NCBI GenBank assembly: GCA_026023565.1
Contig: JAPETS010000019.1
Span: 310,001-374,000 of the forward strand
From: Cirrosporium novae-zelandiae
Lineage: Eukaryota
DNA length: 64,000 bases
Direction: 5' to 3'
Below are positions 1 through 12,289 of the stretch, in pieces (the stretch's first letter is position 1; each line of letters begins with the position of its first letter). Both the position numbers and the translations under genes were made by a program. The notes beneath the pieces were generated by a model. That model did not search any database. It was not told the origin of the DNA and worked only from the letters and a program-made list of their open reading frames with translations.

Positions 1-395
1 AAAATATGGAGTTTCTTCTTCTTCAATTAACTGAGAAGGGTCGACACAAGATGCAATGGTGGTTGAGGGTGGCCAGGTGTGTCGCACTCTAGGCGACCCA
101 GATAGGTCATCTAGCTTGGAGGTTACTTGGAGGTTGCTTGGCATCTGCCTTTCCTCGTTTTCCATAAACGCGGCGAGACTTAGTTGGAGTGGTATAAAAC
201 CTATAGGATTAAAGTTGGGTTTCGGTTAGTTGTATATAAAGCATGGACAAAAAGAATGGGTTGCTGGTATTTGAGTGGGCTATTGATATTGAATTATCAA
301 AAGCTGACCAGGTCACTGAGTAACCTAGTATTGAATGGTATATGGGAGCATAGTATAGTGAGGAAGTCAGCATAAGAAACGGCACTTCATTCTAC

Positions 396-1105
396 CTAAC
401 TGAAGATCTTTTCACTATACTTTCGTTGATAAGCTGTAGCAACACGATCCATTGTTGCAGAATCCGGTAGCACGTCGAACTTATTCGCATTCATCCTCCG
501 AATATAGTTGCTGTCCAGCGGTCCATTCTGCTTATCTCTCAGGTGTTTTAATATCGCAATAGCGTCATGCAGATCAAATTCGGCTTTTCGTCCTCTGTCT
601 GCAGAATATATCCTTCTTAACTTTCGTTCCAAAGCCCATTCAAGTGGCGCTGCAAGAACATGAAGGTTTGGCCCCTCCCAAAGGATAATATTTTGTTCCA
701 AGGCTTGCTCAAAAAGCTCCACTCTAGATGTCTTGGTGATGAATAATGCCAAATCTTCATTGATCCACTGATCATTGAACTGCAGCTTTCTTCCCACTTT
801 CTGTATTGCTTCATGAAGGGGTTCTTTGATATCATTGTCCTGTGCCCACTCGGGATCGAGAAGGTAATCGATATCGCCAGTAGCGTCGCGACTTTTGAGA
901 AAAGAAACCGCAAGAAAGCCACCAGCGGTAATGATTCTGATAGGTGAAAATGCGTAGAGAAAAGCATCCTTTCCTATTTCTATGTCAAGGGCTTCAAGAC
1001 CTAGGGCAAGAGGTGAGTGAGAGGAGACATTTGAGAAAGTTCACCATCTAACTCACCATTTTGAAAGTCCGCCGCATTGAGTAGCTCCTTGTTGTGGTGG
1101 GGCAT
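396..1105 (-). CDS. Nucleotidyltransferase-fold protein, AbiEii/MenT-like (about 217 aa, 2 exons: 1105-1057, 1000-396)
   Basis: ATG at 1105 and a GTGAGT...TAG intron (1056-1001) give a continuous frame MPHHNKELL...IITAGGFLAVSFLKSRDATGDIDYLLDPEW...WINEDL...ALERKLRRI...RKAEFDLHDAIAIL. The hGG, RxTxDhD, KL..R and DxxD motifs match the pol-beta/AbiEii-type NTase pattern. Confidence 0.8.
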
Positions 1106-1469
1106 CGCAAGCAGTGTTTTGGGTTGTCAAGTTGGATAAGTTAAGAGTTGTCGTATTAGAAGTATACTACGAATCATCATTATCATAATGCGTTATCATA
1201 ATACATGATGGAACACAACCACGTTGTTCAGTCGAGCTCTCATGGTTGCTAATGAACTGGTGAGGCGGGATGGTGGGGGAGAGGCCTAATATTTGCCATG
1301 CACGTGCCACGCCCTTAATTGCATCGGGGGTCTAGCTCTCCGCAGCATAAGTTACATTAAGTTCCACCGAGTTCACACAATATTGCAGTCTTCGTAGAAA
1401 GTATCATTCAACCTACCTAGTCACCTGGTTCTCCTTTGTCAATCTTAACAATAGATATTTTTCCATTCA

Positions 1470-2216
1470 ATGGCCCGTCGTCGTCCCAAAATCACTTGGT
1501 GGATGCGAATTCGTCGATTCATCTATCATTTCCATTCTCCCTTTCATTTGCGCTCGAGTATTATTCGATTAAGTCATCATCACAAACGACCATACCTCAC
1601 CCTTCTACGTCTCTTTATACCATTTCCATCTTGGTATTTTCCAGTCCCCGATCCTGTTGCCCTCCAAAATATTTTCGAAAACCCATCCTTACTTCGTTCT
1701 CGTTTGGGAGACATTGTCAATCTACGAACTATTCCTATATGGCGTGCGCGCGATACCCCCCTTCGCTCCCTCTACCGTCTTTATGAAATAATGGCATCAG
1801 GGCATTATGTCCTGATGGGGGCAGAAACAGAATATTTCTGGTATCAATCTCGGAAGCAGTGGGAATTACATTCAATTGAGGACCCTAAAGATCCAGATCC
1901 TGTGCGATATGCTATATTGGCTTGCTTAGTAGAAGAGCTGACCGTTGCCTTTAATTGGAGACTAAGTCTTGGTATGCGTCGAAACGGCAAACATTTCTAT
2001 CGTGAAAATGATGAAGATCCATATCCCCCATTTGTTTCCGAACAAGTGCCTAGCTGGACGAAATATGTTCCTCCAATCGATCCAAAGTTTTTGCTGGGCT
2101 TCCCTCCGGCACTAGTGGATACTAAAGGGAGACTAGTTCTTGAAGAAGGTGGACTCAATAAAATCTTTGCAAACCGAAATATCATAACAAATGTGGGCTG
2201 GCTCTATACCATTTGA
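1470..2216 (+). CDS. Intronless fungal hypothetical protein (248 aa), divergent partner of the NTase
   Basis: Long ORF with a protein-like core (DTPLRSLYRLYE...DPKDPDPVRYAILACLVEELTVAFNWRLSLGMRR...PSW...FANRNI) and an Arg-rich, acid-free N-terminus; starts 364 bp from the NTase ATG. Confidence 0.8.
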   Translation: MARRRPKITWWMRIRRFIYHFHSPFHLRSSIIRLSHHHKRPYLTLLRLFIPFPSWYFPVPDPVALQNIFENPSLLRSRLGDIVNLRTIPIWRARDTPLRSLYRLYEIMASGHYVLMGAETEYFWYQSRKQWELHSIEDPKDPDPVRYAILACLVEELTVAFNWRLSLGMRRNGKHFYRENDEDPYPPFVSEQVPSWTKYVPPIDPKFLLGFPPALVDTKGRLVLEEGGLNKIFANRNIITNVGWLYTI

Positions 2217-3769
2217 CTGATGCGCTTTGGTGTCCAGGACCTAATGAATACTTCATTTTGAACGTCTACATTTGTCTCATTCGGGTCAAGCCAGCCAAAA
2301 ATGAGGTCAAATGTTTTGAGGCGTATAATTCAAGGCGCATCAAACAATGACTATCCTCGGATTTATTGTTTGAGGTTTCGGAGCCGAAGCATTAGTATTT
2401 ATATTTCAACATGGACCCCTATGAAGTGTCGAGTGGAGCCTAGCGTAGCCATATATGGACAGGCAGCCACGCATTCTCTTGGAATTGCTACCTATTACTT
2501 TGGACGAAGACAGGTAAGCAAGCAGGTAGCCTTGTTCGCTCTTTCGTTGATTATATCTCAGTTGAGTTGATTATCAACATTAACGACTATATCCTCCCTA
2601 CCCAAAACCTTCATTTATTCCATTCTTCCATCCTTGAAAATACCAAAGACACCACAAAGAACCCAATGCATATATTCCGCAGACTATGCTCACCGAATGA
2701 GATGTTGAATTTTCAGTATTGGTGAAGTACACGCTCCTTTTCATAAGCCATTATATCAGAACCTCTTCATACAAGTCAAATTATGTTTGTTCCACAGGCC
2801 GTGGGATATATTTTTTGACTCTTAGATAGATGGATATCGGCAATATCTACCTAGCTAGTCATTCATCAGGCCACGATGGTTTCGATTTTAGTTTCAGACA
2901 TAGGTAAATATTTGTCCATATTCTTTGCATGGTGTTTGTGATACTCTGTAGACCTTTTTTTGCCTTTGTTATATTTCATCCAGCGGACCGTCTTTTCGTT
3001 AACTTCAAGTGGTTAAAGTGGCGAGAAGCTCCAAACTGGGACACGACAACAACCTCTAGTATTGCAGAAAAACGCTGAATGAAGTTTAACACCATGATGG
3101 CCATGATGGAAACTGTATGATCTCGTGCATAGATCCTTGATGGCTTGAAAGGAGAGATATAGCGCTGCGAAGGTTGGCCTTAAGTCCTTATGGGAGTGTA
3201 CTCGCATCCTAGAGGTCTTATAGATGGGACGAAACCTTCAGAGTTAGACCTAGTCATTAATTCCTCTAGTGCTAGTAAGCAAATAAAATACCTGATCCAA
3301 CATGCCAAGAAAAAATACTTTATTGTTTATTTACATGCGTTGTATAATCTATTACAGGAAGTCTTCGTCACTCACCAAAAACCCTACTACCTACTTAAAA
3401 TACTTATAACTTATCAACCACACATTTAATTCCAATATAACTTTGATCATTAGATAGTATATTTAATAGTTAATAGACCTATTTTTTATTTTGTAACATT
3501 TAATCAATTTTTTAAGTGTATTAGTTATCTAAGGTTTTAAAACCTTTTCTTTAATTCTGTAAGGGCAGCGCCTAATTTAGGCTGTGTGGTAGGATAACTA
3601 TCTAAGTAGTGGCTAACTAAGTTTAATACTATAAAGTTCGTATTCGAGACGCAGTAATGATGATAGCTTTAGAAGTGCCCCCTAAGGTAGATGCAAAAAT
3701 TGAACGCTGCTTTCGTACAGTACTAGCTACACCCACGGGTGGTGGTGGATATGAATATGCAGTACCAGC

Positions 3770-3823
3770 CAGGGCAGGGAATGGACCAGACCGACCAGAC
3801 CAAGGGGTTCGATCTGGTCGGTC
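3770..3823. mobile_element. Fragment of GACC-rich MITE-like repeat family
   Basis: CAGGGCAGGGAATGGACCAGACCGACCAGACC...TCTGGTCGGTC; same terminal and subterminal motifs as the copies at 29351, 36918, 37448, 39255 and 44834. Confidence 0.45.
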
Positions 3824-3929
3824 ACATAATGTAACAGGGGGTTGATTGGTCAGTTAATGATTATATAATATATAAATCAAGGTCTTGGTGAAAGCTTTGG
3901 TGTTGACTTTCCCTCTCTCCCTCCCTTGT

Positions 3930-4200
3930 CTTACCAAACAGCAGTTAGCTGGGCATATGGCCTCCAGTTCGAATAATATGCTCCATTCTAGTTAGAATAA
4001 CATGCCCTATTCCAGCTAGCTAGTTGGGTATGCGGCCTCCGACTGCTTATTATCTCTAATTTCTAAGCTCTTCTCAGTTATAATATGAAATCGTATACGC
4101 AAGGAATTCGAGGCCAAATTTGGGGTTTCGGGTACCTAGAATTAAAAATTTAGTCAAATGTTCAATAAAATACTCAGTAAAATACCTGGTAGAATGCTCA
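3930..4200 (+). repeat. Dispersed repeat (transposon relic); inverted homolog at about 39660-39815
   Basis: 4061-4200 aligns with the reverse complement of about 39666-39805, mostly with transition differences. Internal ~23-24 bp direct repeats at 3943-4040. Confidence 0.8.
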
Positions 4201-4878
4201 GAGTATGGTTGCTTGCAAGGGTTATCTTTATGTTCCGGGTTATTCCTTGCCAAGCCTAGTTGTATATATAGTATAACCACGGTTATCTAGATAAATTACC
4301 TACGTTAGAAGCTAAAAATGATGTATTGATCTAAATTAACATTAAGACTTGTTATATATTGAGTATATTACGAATATCTTATGGTTAAATGTGAAGATTC
4401 AATAATGCGTCGCTTATTCTCGAATATTTTCTAAATATGATTTAATCGCCTATGATTGGGGTTGTTTGCGGGTGGTCGTTTGGTACCGTTGGTGGGTTTG
4501 TGACTGGGCAAGGCATCCTAAACATTATGATATTACTAGCCATTTGCGAAATATATTTTTGTATTTTATTTTACAACGCTTGCCAATCCCCTTGGTTACA
4601 CTCAGGTCATAGAGACATTTCATTCGTTTTATTTCAATTCCCACGTCAATGGAAAGGTCGGAGCTGACTCAAGCCTTCCATTTCTATCTGCAGTCCTGTG
4701 TATCCATCCAGCCCAGACGTAACACACATCATCCATTGGATCCTTGAAATAATATATCATTCAGCTATCTCTTTAAACATGAAGCCTTCGCAGCAGCCTT
4801 GTTCCTGTGTGAGGCAGAACAATCAGAGCACTATATTAAAGGAAGAGTCTCATAACTATTTGCTTTCCAACCCAAAAC

Positions 4879-7815
4879 ATGGCTGCATCAAACAGCAATC
4901 GAATTAGTTCAACTATTGTTTCATATTCTTCTCTTCCTTCAGACAATGGTGCAGCCGAGGACAATGAATTACAAGATCTCGAACCGTCTATTTCCCAAAA
5001 TAATACAGAGGATACATATCCTCCAACAGCACAAAGCTATTCATCCTCCCGATTAAATCTTACAGCCAACAATCACGATGGCGAATCAAGCAATTTGGAT
5101 ATGGAGCAAGACTATTTCCTAGAACTCGATGGGTTCATAGTGTACGAAGAAGGTGGCCATTCTTTTACTTTGGTGCAGATTTGTTAATGTATTTCAGCTG
5201 GTACCAAACACCACAGATCGACCTCGAGCAACTTGACGATCGGAACGAGACTGCAAACCAAAGTCTTGACTCTGGCCGAACCTACACGCTGCTAGACCTG
5301 GAGCCTAGTCAATCATCGACGAGGGGTAGTGTAGAGCAGCCCCGGTTTTTTAAAAGTGATTGGTTAATACCATGGGTGCCGCAATTAGATCCAAACAGTC
5401 CAGAAGCAAATAAAATGAGGTCTTGGACTTCAAAACGGTCCAATGTCCTGATAGGAATGGCTTTACTCTCAACCACTGTTCTTGTTGTCAATCTCGTTGC
5501 CACTATAATGTTTAAAAAAACCGGGGATCCAGCCAACGATCTAGGAATGTTATACAGAGGCGACTGTATAACGGTTCGTCGATTAAGCATAGGAATTCAT
5601 GCTGCCATCAACGTTCTAAGTACTCTGCTCTTGAGTTCCTCAAATTTCTGCATGCAACTACTTTCAGCCCCCACACGGGCCGAGATTGACGAGTCACATC
5701 GAAAACATCAACCTCTCGACATTGGAGTGCCCAGTATTCGAAATCTTGCAGCTATTAGTTGGAAACAGAAAGCTGTTTGGGCTATCTTGGTGCTATCCTC
5801 TCTACCATTGCATTTTCTGTAAGCAGCACCGCTCGTGCTCTACTATTAGCGTATCTTACAATTCTCTAGATTCAATTCTGCAATCATCCCCACCCTCGCC
5901 ATCAATTCTTATGTTTACATTGCCGTGTCACCAGAGTTTCTCGATGAGGGCTCATGGAATACGTCCGCCACCGCGTCTACTTTGCTAAGTTTACCCTCTC
6001 CCTTGAATAATACCGCAGGGATGTTACAATCCTGGGACGATGCACCTTTAGATCTGCAAATGACGATTCATGAAATGCAAGTTGGGTTTAGCAACGATGG
6101 GGGTTTTGTCCATTTGGATAAGCTGACGTGCTTACTGGAGTACACAAATCTCTTTGGAAACCGTTCAGATGTGGTCATGGTCTCTAACACAGCACCTCCA
6201 GACAACAACTCGTTACTTACATATGGTTTGGCTAGAGACGCGACGTGGGATGAAGGCTTGACATTATGTTGGGATTCAAATAGCTTCGACTGTCTTAAAT
6301 TAGACCTATCTAATTTCCCAAGCGGAGAAGCAGGACGGGAGAAAGCAACAGCAAATTGGAATATGGCCGGATATAAGATCGATCATTGTCTTTCAGCCCA
6401 AAGGTCTACCGATGGACTTTGTAGCGTGGAATACTCCTTTTCCATTATGCTTGGTAAAGCATCCTTGGGATTTTTTCTTTCCCTCTTGATAAGTGCACCG
6501 AAACTGATCTATTTTAGTGGTCTGCATAAGCAATGCCCTAGTATGCTGCAGTATTTACTATACGATATATATCTTCTCGAATCTAACAAATCCACCTTTA
6601 TCCATATTAGGTGATGCCGTAGCTTCATTCCTGAGTCACCCCGATGCGACCACACAAAATATGAGTGCCATTGGAAAATACACGCCGTCGCGGGATCCCG
6701 ACTCGTGGCGAGATATTCAGCCGACCCGATGGGAACAACGCCGGTCGTTCTGGAAAAGCGCGGCTGGTGGGCGTCGGTGGTCCATTTGTTTAATATCGTA
6801 AGTTTCGATTAGAAACAAAATCTTTTTTTCTCGTGCTAAGTATAATATAGATGTGGGTTGATGTTCATTGCAGCCTTTACCGTATTGGTATGCGGTATTA
6901 GAAGTCTTCGTGGAACCGGCATCTATCCCAGCTTGAAGTCAATCCTGGATATGGGGTTTGGCGCTGTGAATTCTAGATCCTTCGCCAATAATATAGGACC
7001 TAAAAGTATGGTAAGTAATTAACCCCTCCACTCCCAGAAAACATCCTTTATAGTCTACCCACGCTCCTAAGCACCAACAAACTTCCCACACCTTATTTTA
7101 GGCATCCACGGTCCGGAGGCTGTATACCAGCGTACTCTTCGTAAACAGCTGGCAGTTATTTGTCTCCATCATCTACGTGAGCTGCAACACCGTTCTGACA
7201 TGCATGCTGGTGGCCGCCGAATGGGACACATTTGCAGAAAAATGGAAGACCCTGCGCGTTTCTGAACCCACAGGCCTCCGACGGTCGAGCTACTTTCTCT
7301 CCATGCCGTTGAAATTCGGATTACCATTCATGACATCGATGTCGCTGATACACTGGTCCATCTCCCAGAGCGTCTTTATTGTCAGTCTGAATCGGTTCTT
7401 CTCCAACGGCGTGGAGGATATGGAGAACCGCACCATCACGATCGGATACAGCGTCTACGCTATCATCGTATGTTAGTTAGCCTGTTTTTTTTATATATCT
7501 TCATACTCTTAAACTCTTTTTCTCCCTCTTTCACCAATCTTACAAACCCAAAAAATCACAGCAATCCTCATCGGCCTCGTAGTAGTCCTAGCACTGTGTT
7601 TCCTAGGCTTTAGACGCCACCGAAACAATCCCCCCTTCGATGCAACCAACAGCGCCGTAATCAGTGCGGCCTGTCATCCTCCGGCCGGCGACGCCCAGGC
7701 CCATCTATCTTGGGTGAGATGGGGTGCTGTTTCTTGCGGGGAGGATTTTGAACGGTGCTCGTTCACCACAGCCAGGGATGTCATGGCGCCAATACCTGGG
7801 AGGTTATATTTGTAG
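4879..7815 (+). CDS. Multi-exon DUF6536-like fungal membrane protein
   Basis: Motifs LYRGDC...INVLSTLLLSSSNFCMQLLSAPTRAEID...LDIGVPSIRNL...SSLPLH, LRVSEPTGLRRSSYFLSMP...IHWSISQSVF and C-terminal SAVISAACHP...VRWGAV...CSFT...PIPGRLYL* (TAG 7813-7815). Several GT-AG introns. Confidence 0.85.
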
Positions 7816-8313
7816 AAAGGAATTTTTGGGGATGATGAAATTTAGGATAAGGAATAGATAGGTCCGACAAGATTAGTCCGACATGGGTCCAAATAACTTG
7901 ATGATAGATAGGATGGCATAGATTCAATAATTAGAACGATCACGATGTGATGTTGATATTAATTACTGTTGTTTTTATTATTATATATGTGATGGTGTGT
8001 AAGTGAATGGAATGGATAGATAAATGGATGGAATAATTAAGCCAATGGGGGATTTTATGTGTGTGTTTATGTGTGTGTGGCGAATCTTCGGAAGAAAAAG
8101 AAAAAAAAAGCAACACAACACAACATAAAATTCCCAAATCCATCTAACCCCAACCACCAAAATGAAATACTCTACCCCCCTCCCTTCCTAGCATCCCTAA
8201 ACAAAAGCAAAAACAAAAACAAAAATAAAATAAAACCCATCCTCTCTCTCTCTCCCACCCTCCTTATTCCCTCTCCCCATCCCCTACCACTACTAAAAAA
8301 ACAAAAAAACAAA

Positions 8314-8444
8314 TGCAGCGGACGAGGTTCGAACTCGCGCGGACTCTCGTCCAGCAGAGTTTTTAGTTTTTATTTTTTACTCTTTCTGAGGAAAGGGAAA
8401 GGGAAACTTAAATCTGCCGCCTTAGACCACTCGGCCACCGCTGC
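8314..8444 (-). tRNA. tRNA-Leu(UAA) with 47-nt intron (8406-8360)
   Basis: Reverse complement GCAGCGGTGGCCGAGTGGTCTAAGGCGGCAGA-TTTAAG-[intron]-CTCTGCTGGACGAGAGTCCGCGCGAGTTCGAACCTCGTCCGCTGCA: paired acceptor stem, A and B boxes, long variable arm, downstream oligo-T terminator. Confidence 0.93.
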
Positions 8445-8790
8445 GTAAGTAGTTGCTTGGGTTTTGGAAAGTTGTTGTGGGTTTTACTTTGTTGGGTGGA
8501 TGGTGGGGGAGTGGTATCCATTAAACATCTAGTCTACAAATAGACTACTCGAGTGTATGCATGAGTCATTTACGGTATTGTTAATACCATTTTAATATCG
8601 TATCGTGAATTTTTTTGATTGGTATGTTGGTATGTTGGTATGTTGGTAATAATTACATGCGAACGTCACGTACTCACTCACTCACTCATTATTACAGTTA
8701 TCTACCAAATATCTATGTCAATATCATCCATCGGATCATAAATTCTTAGGTATAGTCTATTTGGTATATGGTACCCATCATCCTTAGGAG

Positions 8791-8823
<33 letters not shown>

Positions 8824-8833
8824 TTACTACTAC
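8791..8833. repeat. (CTA/TAC)n microsatellite
   Basis: About 14 near-perfect trinucleotide units. Confidence 0.9.
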
Positions 8834-9078
8834 CGTACCTAGATTTTCATCTTCTTTTCTTCTTTCCTTCAGTTTGGTAAGTCGGTAATTAATTATATAA
8901 TCAAATCTAAATCTAAATCTAAACAAAACAAAACAAAAACATCCCCAACAAAGTCTGTGAACCATCTTTTTTCTTTCTTTCTTTCGTTCTAGAGTAGAGT
9001 AAGTAATTAATTCGTAGATGAATTTTCCGTTGTGGTTCGAAGAACATGTTTCTAATTAGGTGTTTTGATTTACCGTGA

Positions 9079-9130
9079 TCGGGCAGTCGGGCAGTCGGGC
9101 AGGTCGGGCAGTCGGGCGGGGGTGATCGGG
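9079..9130. repeat. TCGGGCAG tandem 8-mer
   Basis: About 4-5 units, TCGGGCAGTCGGGCAGTCGGGCAGGTCGGGCAGTCGGGC. Confidence 0.8.
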
Positions 9131-9715
9131 ATTTATATATCTACCCAAGTACCCAAGTATCTAACGAGTAATTAGTTCCGGCAATCTCAATCTTATTAAG
9201 ATCTAATCATGATTTTTCCTTTCCACTTCTTTTGTCAATTCCCATTCTCATTCTCATTCCTAACTCGAAGTACCCCAGTAATAAGGACTTTTAATTTTTC
9301 TTTGTCTTAGTAATTTAGTCTACTAATTAGCGTGCGGTGTGTCTTCTTTTGGCGAGATCGGTCAAAGTAATTAATTAATTAATTAGTTTACTGTGCTCTT
9401 GGTAGGGCTGGGATGGCTGGGATGGGAACCGAATTGGCTTGGCTTGGCTACATAATTACAGGTTTGACGTCAGGTTGATTTATGGATTTGATTAATTGAT
9501 TTGACTGAATTGACTGATCTGTATGATGTTAGTGAAATATAGGTTCATAATTGGCTCTCTCTCTCTGGGCCTTTGAGATTCTTGAGTGCAGCAGCAAACA
9601 TTTTTGGACCATTCCAATCATATAACACCACGTTCAGCTCATCAACTTAGCTACCAGCAACTACTCATTAAAGCTATTCTCTTACATGAGAGTCTGACCA
9701 AGCTCTTTCAAGATC

Positions 9716-9748
<33 letters not shown>

Positions 9749-9870
9749 TGTCAAAATAGAAAAAACTGATCTTCAACCTTTTCTGACAGAATATAGTCTG
9801 ATTGCAGGACAGGACAGGACCAAGTTCAATCTCCAACTTTTATTTTTAAACCCCGCTCTACACACGGTTA

Positions 9871-10577
9871 TCATGACGTAGATACAACAGCATCCACGCC
9901 AGCAGTTGCAACCGTGACATCTTGAGCTGATGTCCCACCGCTCACGCCTACACTGCCAATGAAATACCCGTCCACGAATATGGGAAGGCCACCACCGAAA
10001 ACCACGAGGACGCCGTTTGTTTCCTCTATTCCGTAAGCTGGACCCCCAGGCTGTGCCAGGGGGTACAGGTCTGCTGTTGTGTATGCTCCATTGAAAAGAC
10101 TACGTCATAATGTAAAGCAGATATTAGTATAGAAGGATCAAACGTGATAAAATATTAATGGGAAAAAAACTTGCCTGACTGTTTTTGCTTTTTTGATGCT
10201 GATATCTACGCTTGCCAAAAATGCATTGTCCATCCTCAGAAATGCGACTAAAAAGCCAGAAGGATCACAGACGGCGATGTTCGAGGGGGACTTAAAATAT
10301 GTGTCTTGTGAGAACATATCTCATGTGAATTTCATACTCTGAATTTTGTCCTGGCCCAAAACCCAGACTTGTCTTAAAAATCAGGGAAAGAAGGACATAC
10401 ACCAATTACGGATGCCTCTGCCACAGCAGCATTAATAATAGCTTCAGCTTGGATCTCGTCAATAACATGGCGCTCGGAAGGTGAGCTTCCGAGATAATTG
10501 TAATCGGAAGCGTTGTTGGCTGCAAGGACACGGAGAAGAAAAAAGCAGGAGAGGACAAGGCTGGTTAATAGCTTCAT
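9871..10577 (-). CDS. Secreted GlcG/HbpS-like (DUF336, heme-binding) protein, 3 exons
   Basis: Signal peptide MKLLTSLVLSCFFLLRVLA; spliced core PSNIAVCDPSGFLVAFLRMDNAFLASVDISIKKAKTVSLFNG...VVFGGGLPIFVDGYFIGSVGVSGGTSAQDVTVA, typical of the family; TGA at 9873-9871. Confidence 0.88.
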
Positions 10578-12289
10578 CGTTGTGGATCTGAAGTATGAGG
10601 AAGGTTGAAGTATATGGTGAAACAGTTGATATAAGAAAGAATGTAGATATTAGAGTTCAACTTCAGTGTTAAGGAGGAGAAATATACCTGCGCATGACAT
10701 GGTATTTATAACCAGCTGAACAGGAGACATAGCGATGAATGTACCTATAACGAATAAAATACAACCGAGACCGAGCTGTCACAAAGGGAAAGATGACGGG
10801 AATATCTTAGATTGAATATTGAAATGAGGATACGGGGTGCAAATTGAATGCCGGAAATGCACAGCTTTGGCGACGATCTTGCAGCTCCAATCGGTACTAC
10901 CAAGATGGAAGGAATTTCGGGTCCTAAAAAGCAAACAAGTCCGTTTGAACCGAAGACGACTTCTGGGAAAAGTCGTTCCTCTAAAACCTCTATGCGTATT
11001 GTATCGGAGTTTAAGAGCATGAGGAATGAAAACGACGGCAGGTCTATGGAGTCAAACACCCTATACCCAAATGCCAAGGCCTTTCGGGGGTGCATTCTAT
11101 TACCTCCTAAGCCACGGTGGTGCAGTATACCCAGTCGCTATTCTCCGTAGCAGCAGTTGCTGTCCTTTAAGGAAATGAACAGTCATTGCATACACAGTCG
11201 ATGCATTCATTACTTTCTCAAGCCTTCAATAGAATAGAATAGGCTAAACTCGACTGCAAATTGTATTCTTTATGGTATTTTCTGCCGGCTTCTTTCGGTT
11301 GCTGCTAGCCAATGGCCCTTGACTATACTATTGTGGCTTCATGTGGCAGAACATTGTATTAAATCTGAGTTGTCGAGACCGAAATGAGTCAGGGTGTGCT
11401 CAATGGCGATGGAAAGTCCTTTGGATCCTCTGGAATGATTTGAGCTCTTCCTTATTGAAGACACAATCCACCATGGATAGTTGTTAATTTAGTCTACAGA
11501 CGAGCGGCGAATATAAAGGGACAAGCACGGACCAGGTGTGTGGCCACATGATCAGACCTCAGGCATTATAATATTTCTTAGTTGGAGGCATTGCTTCTGC
11601 TGTCTTCCTTTTGACGCGAATGAGCGTCGAAGCAACTCCATATTTTCTTATAGAGAATTGGCCAACTATGCATAGCTTCAAATGTACTATCTCAACTACC
11701 TAGGTACCTAGGTAGCTAATTGATTCTATATATCTCTTAAGACTTGCCAACGTCCTCAAGAGGGCAAGATTCTAAATAGCACCGAGTTTCTCACTGTCAT
11801 TAGCTCAACCAAAAATATCAATTATCTGATCAAGTAGTTGAGCCGAAGGGTAGTTGAAGAACGATGCCCTTGTTGCAATCCGTATGTGATGCATATGCGC
11901 TTTTTTGAGAGGACATGGGAGACTTGCGCAAAACGGTTGACATACTCGTGTAATTTCTATCCTCTTGATAAAAGGTCTTTGACTCTCTTGGAGAGTCTCT
12001 TTAAGATCTCCATCTAGCACCATCCTCGCTTTCTCTACCATGAGGAGATATTGCCTTGAAACTCTTGACCACACAGGATCCCATATTCCAATGCAAGTCC
12101 ACTCCTTCCTGTCGTTGACCAAACTCCAATACCATCCTTCAAACACTCCAGGGTAAGCCTAAAGCCTTAGAGTATAAATACCACTTTCCCCTAGTGCTTG
12201 ACGAGACACGGTCATATTAGCAAACACATACGTCGAATATTCTCTATCAAAACGTCGCCACCTTTGTATGAATACTCAGTAGTCCTCCA

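Noticed and set aside
2300..3430. Short ORFs downstream of the NTase partner
   Set aside because: No recognisable motifs or consistent exon chain; possibly decayed sequence but not supportable.
10745..12146. ORFs 10745-11095, 10848-11150 and 11805-12146
   Set aside because: Overlapping, no domain signal and no convincing gene structure; the last could be a stray exon but cannot be supported.
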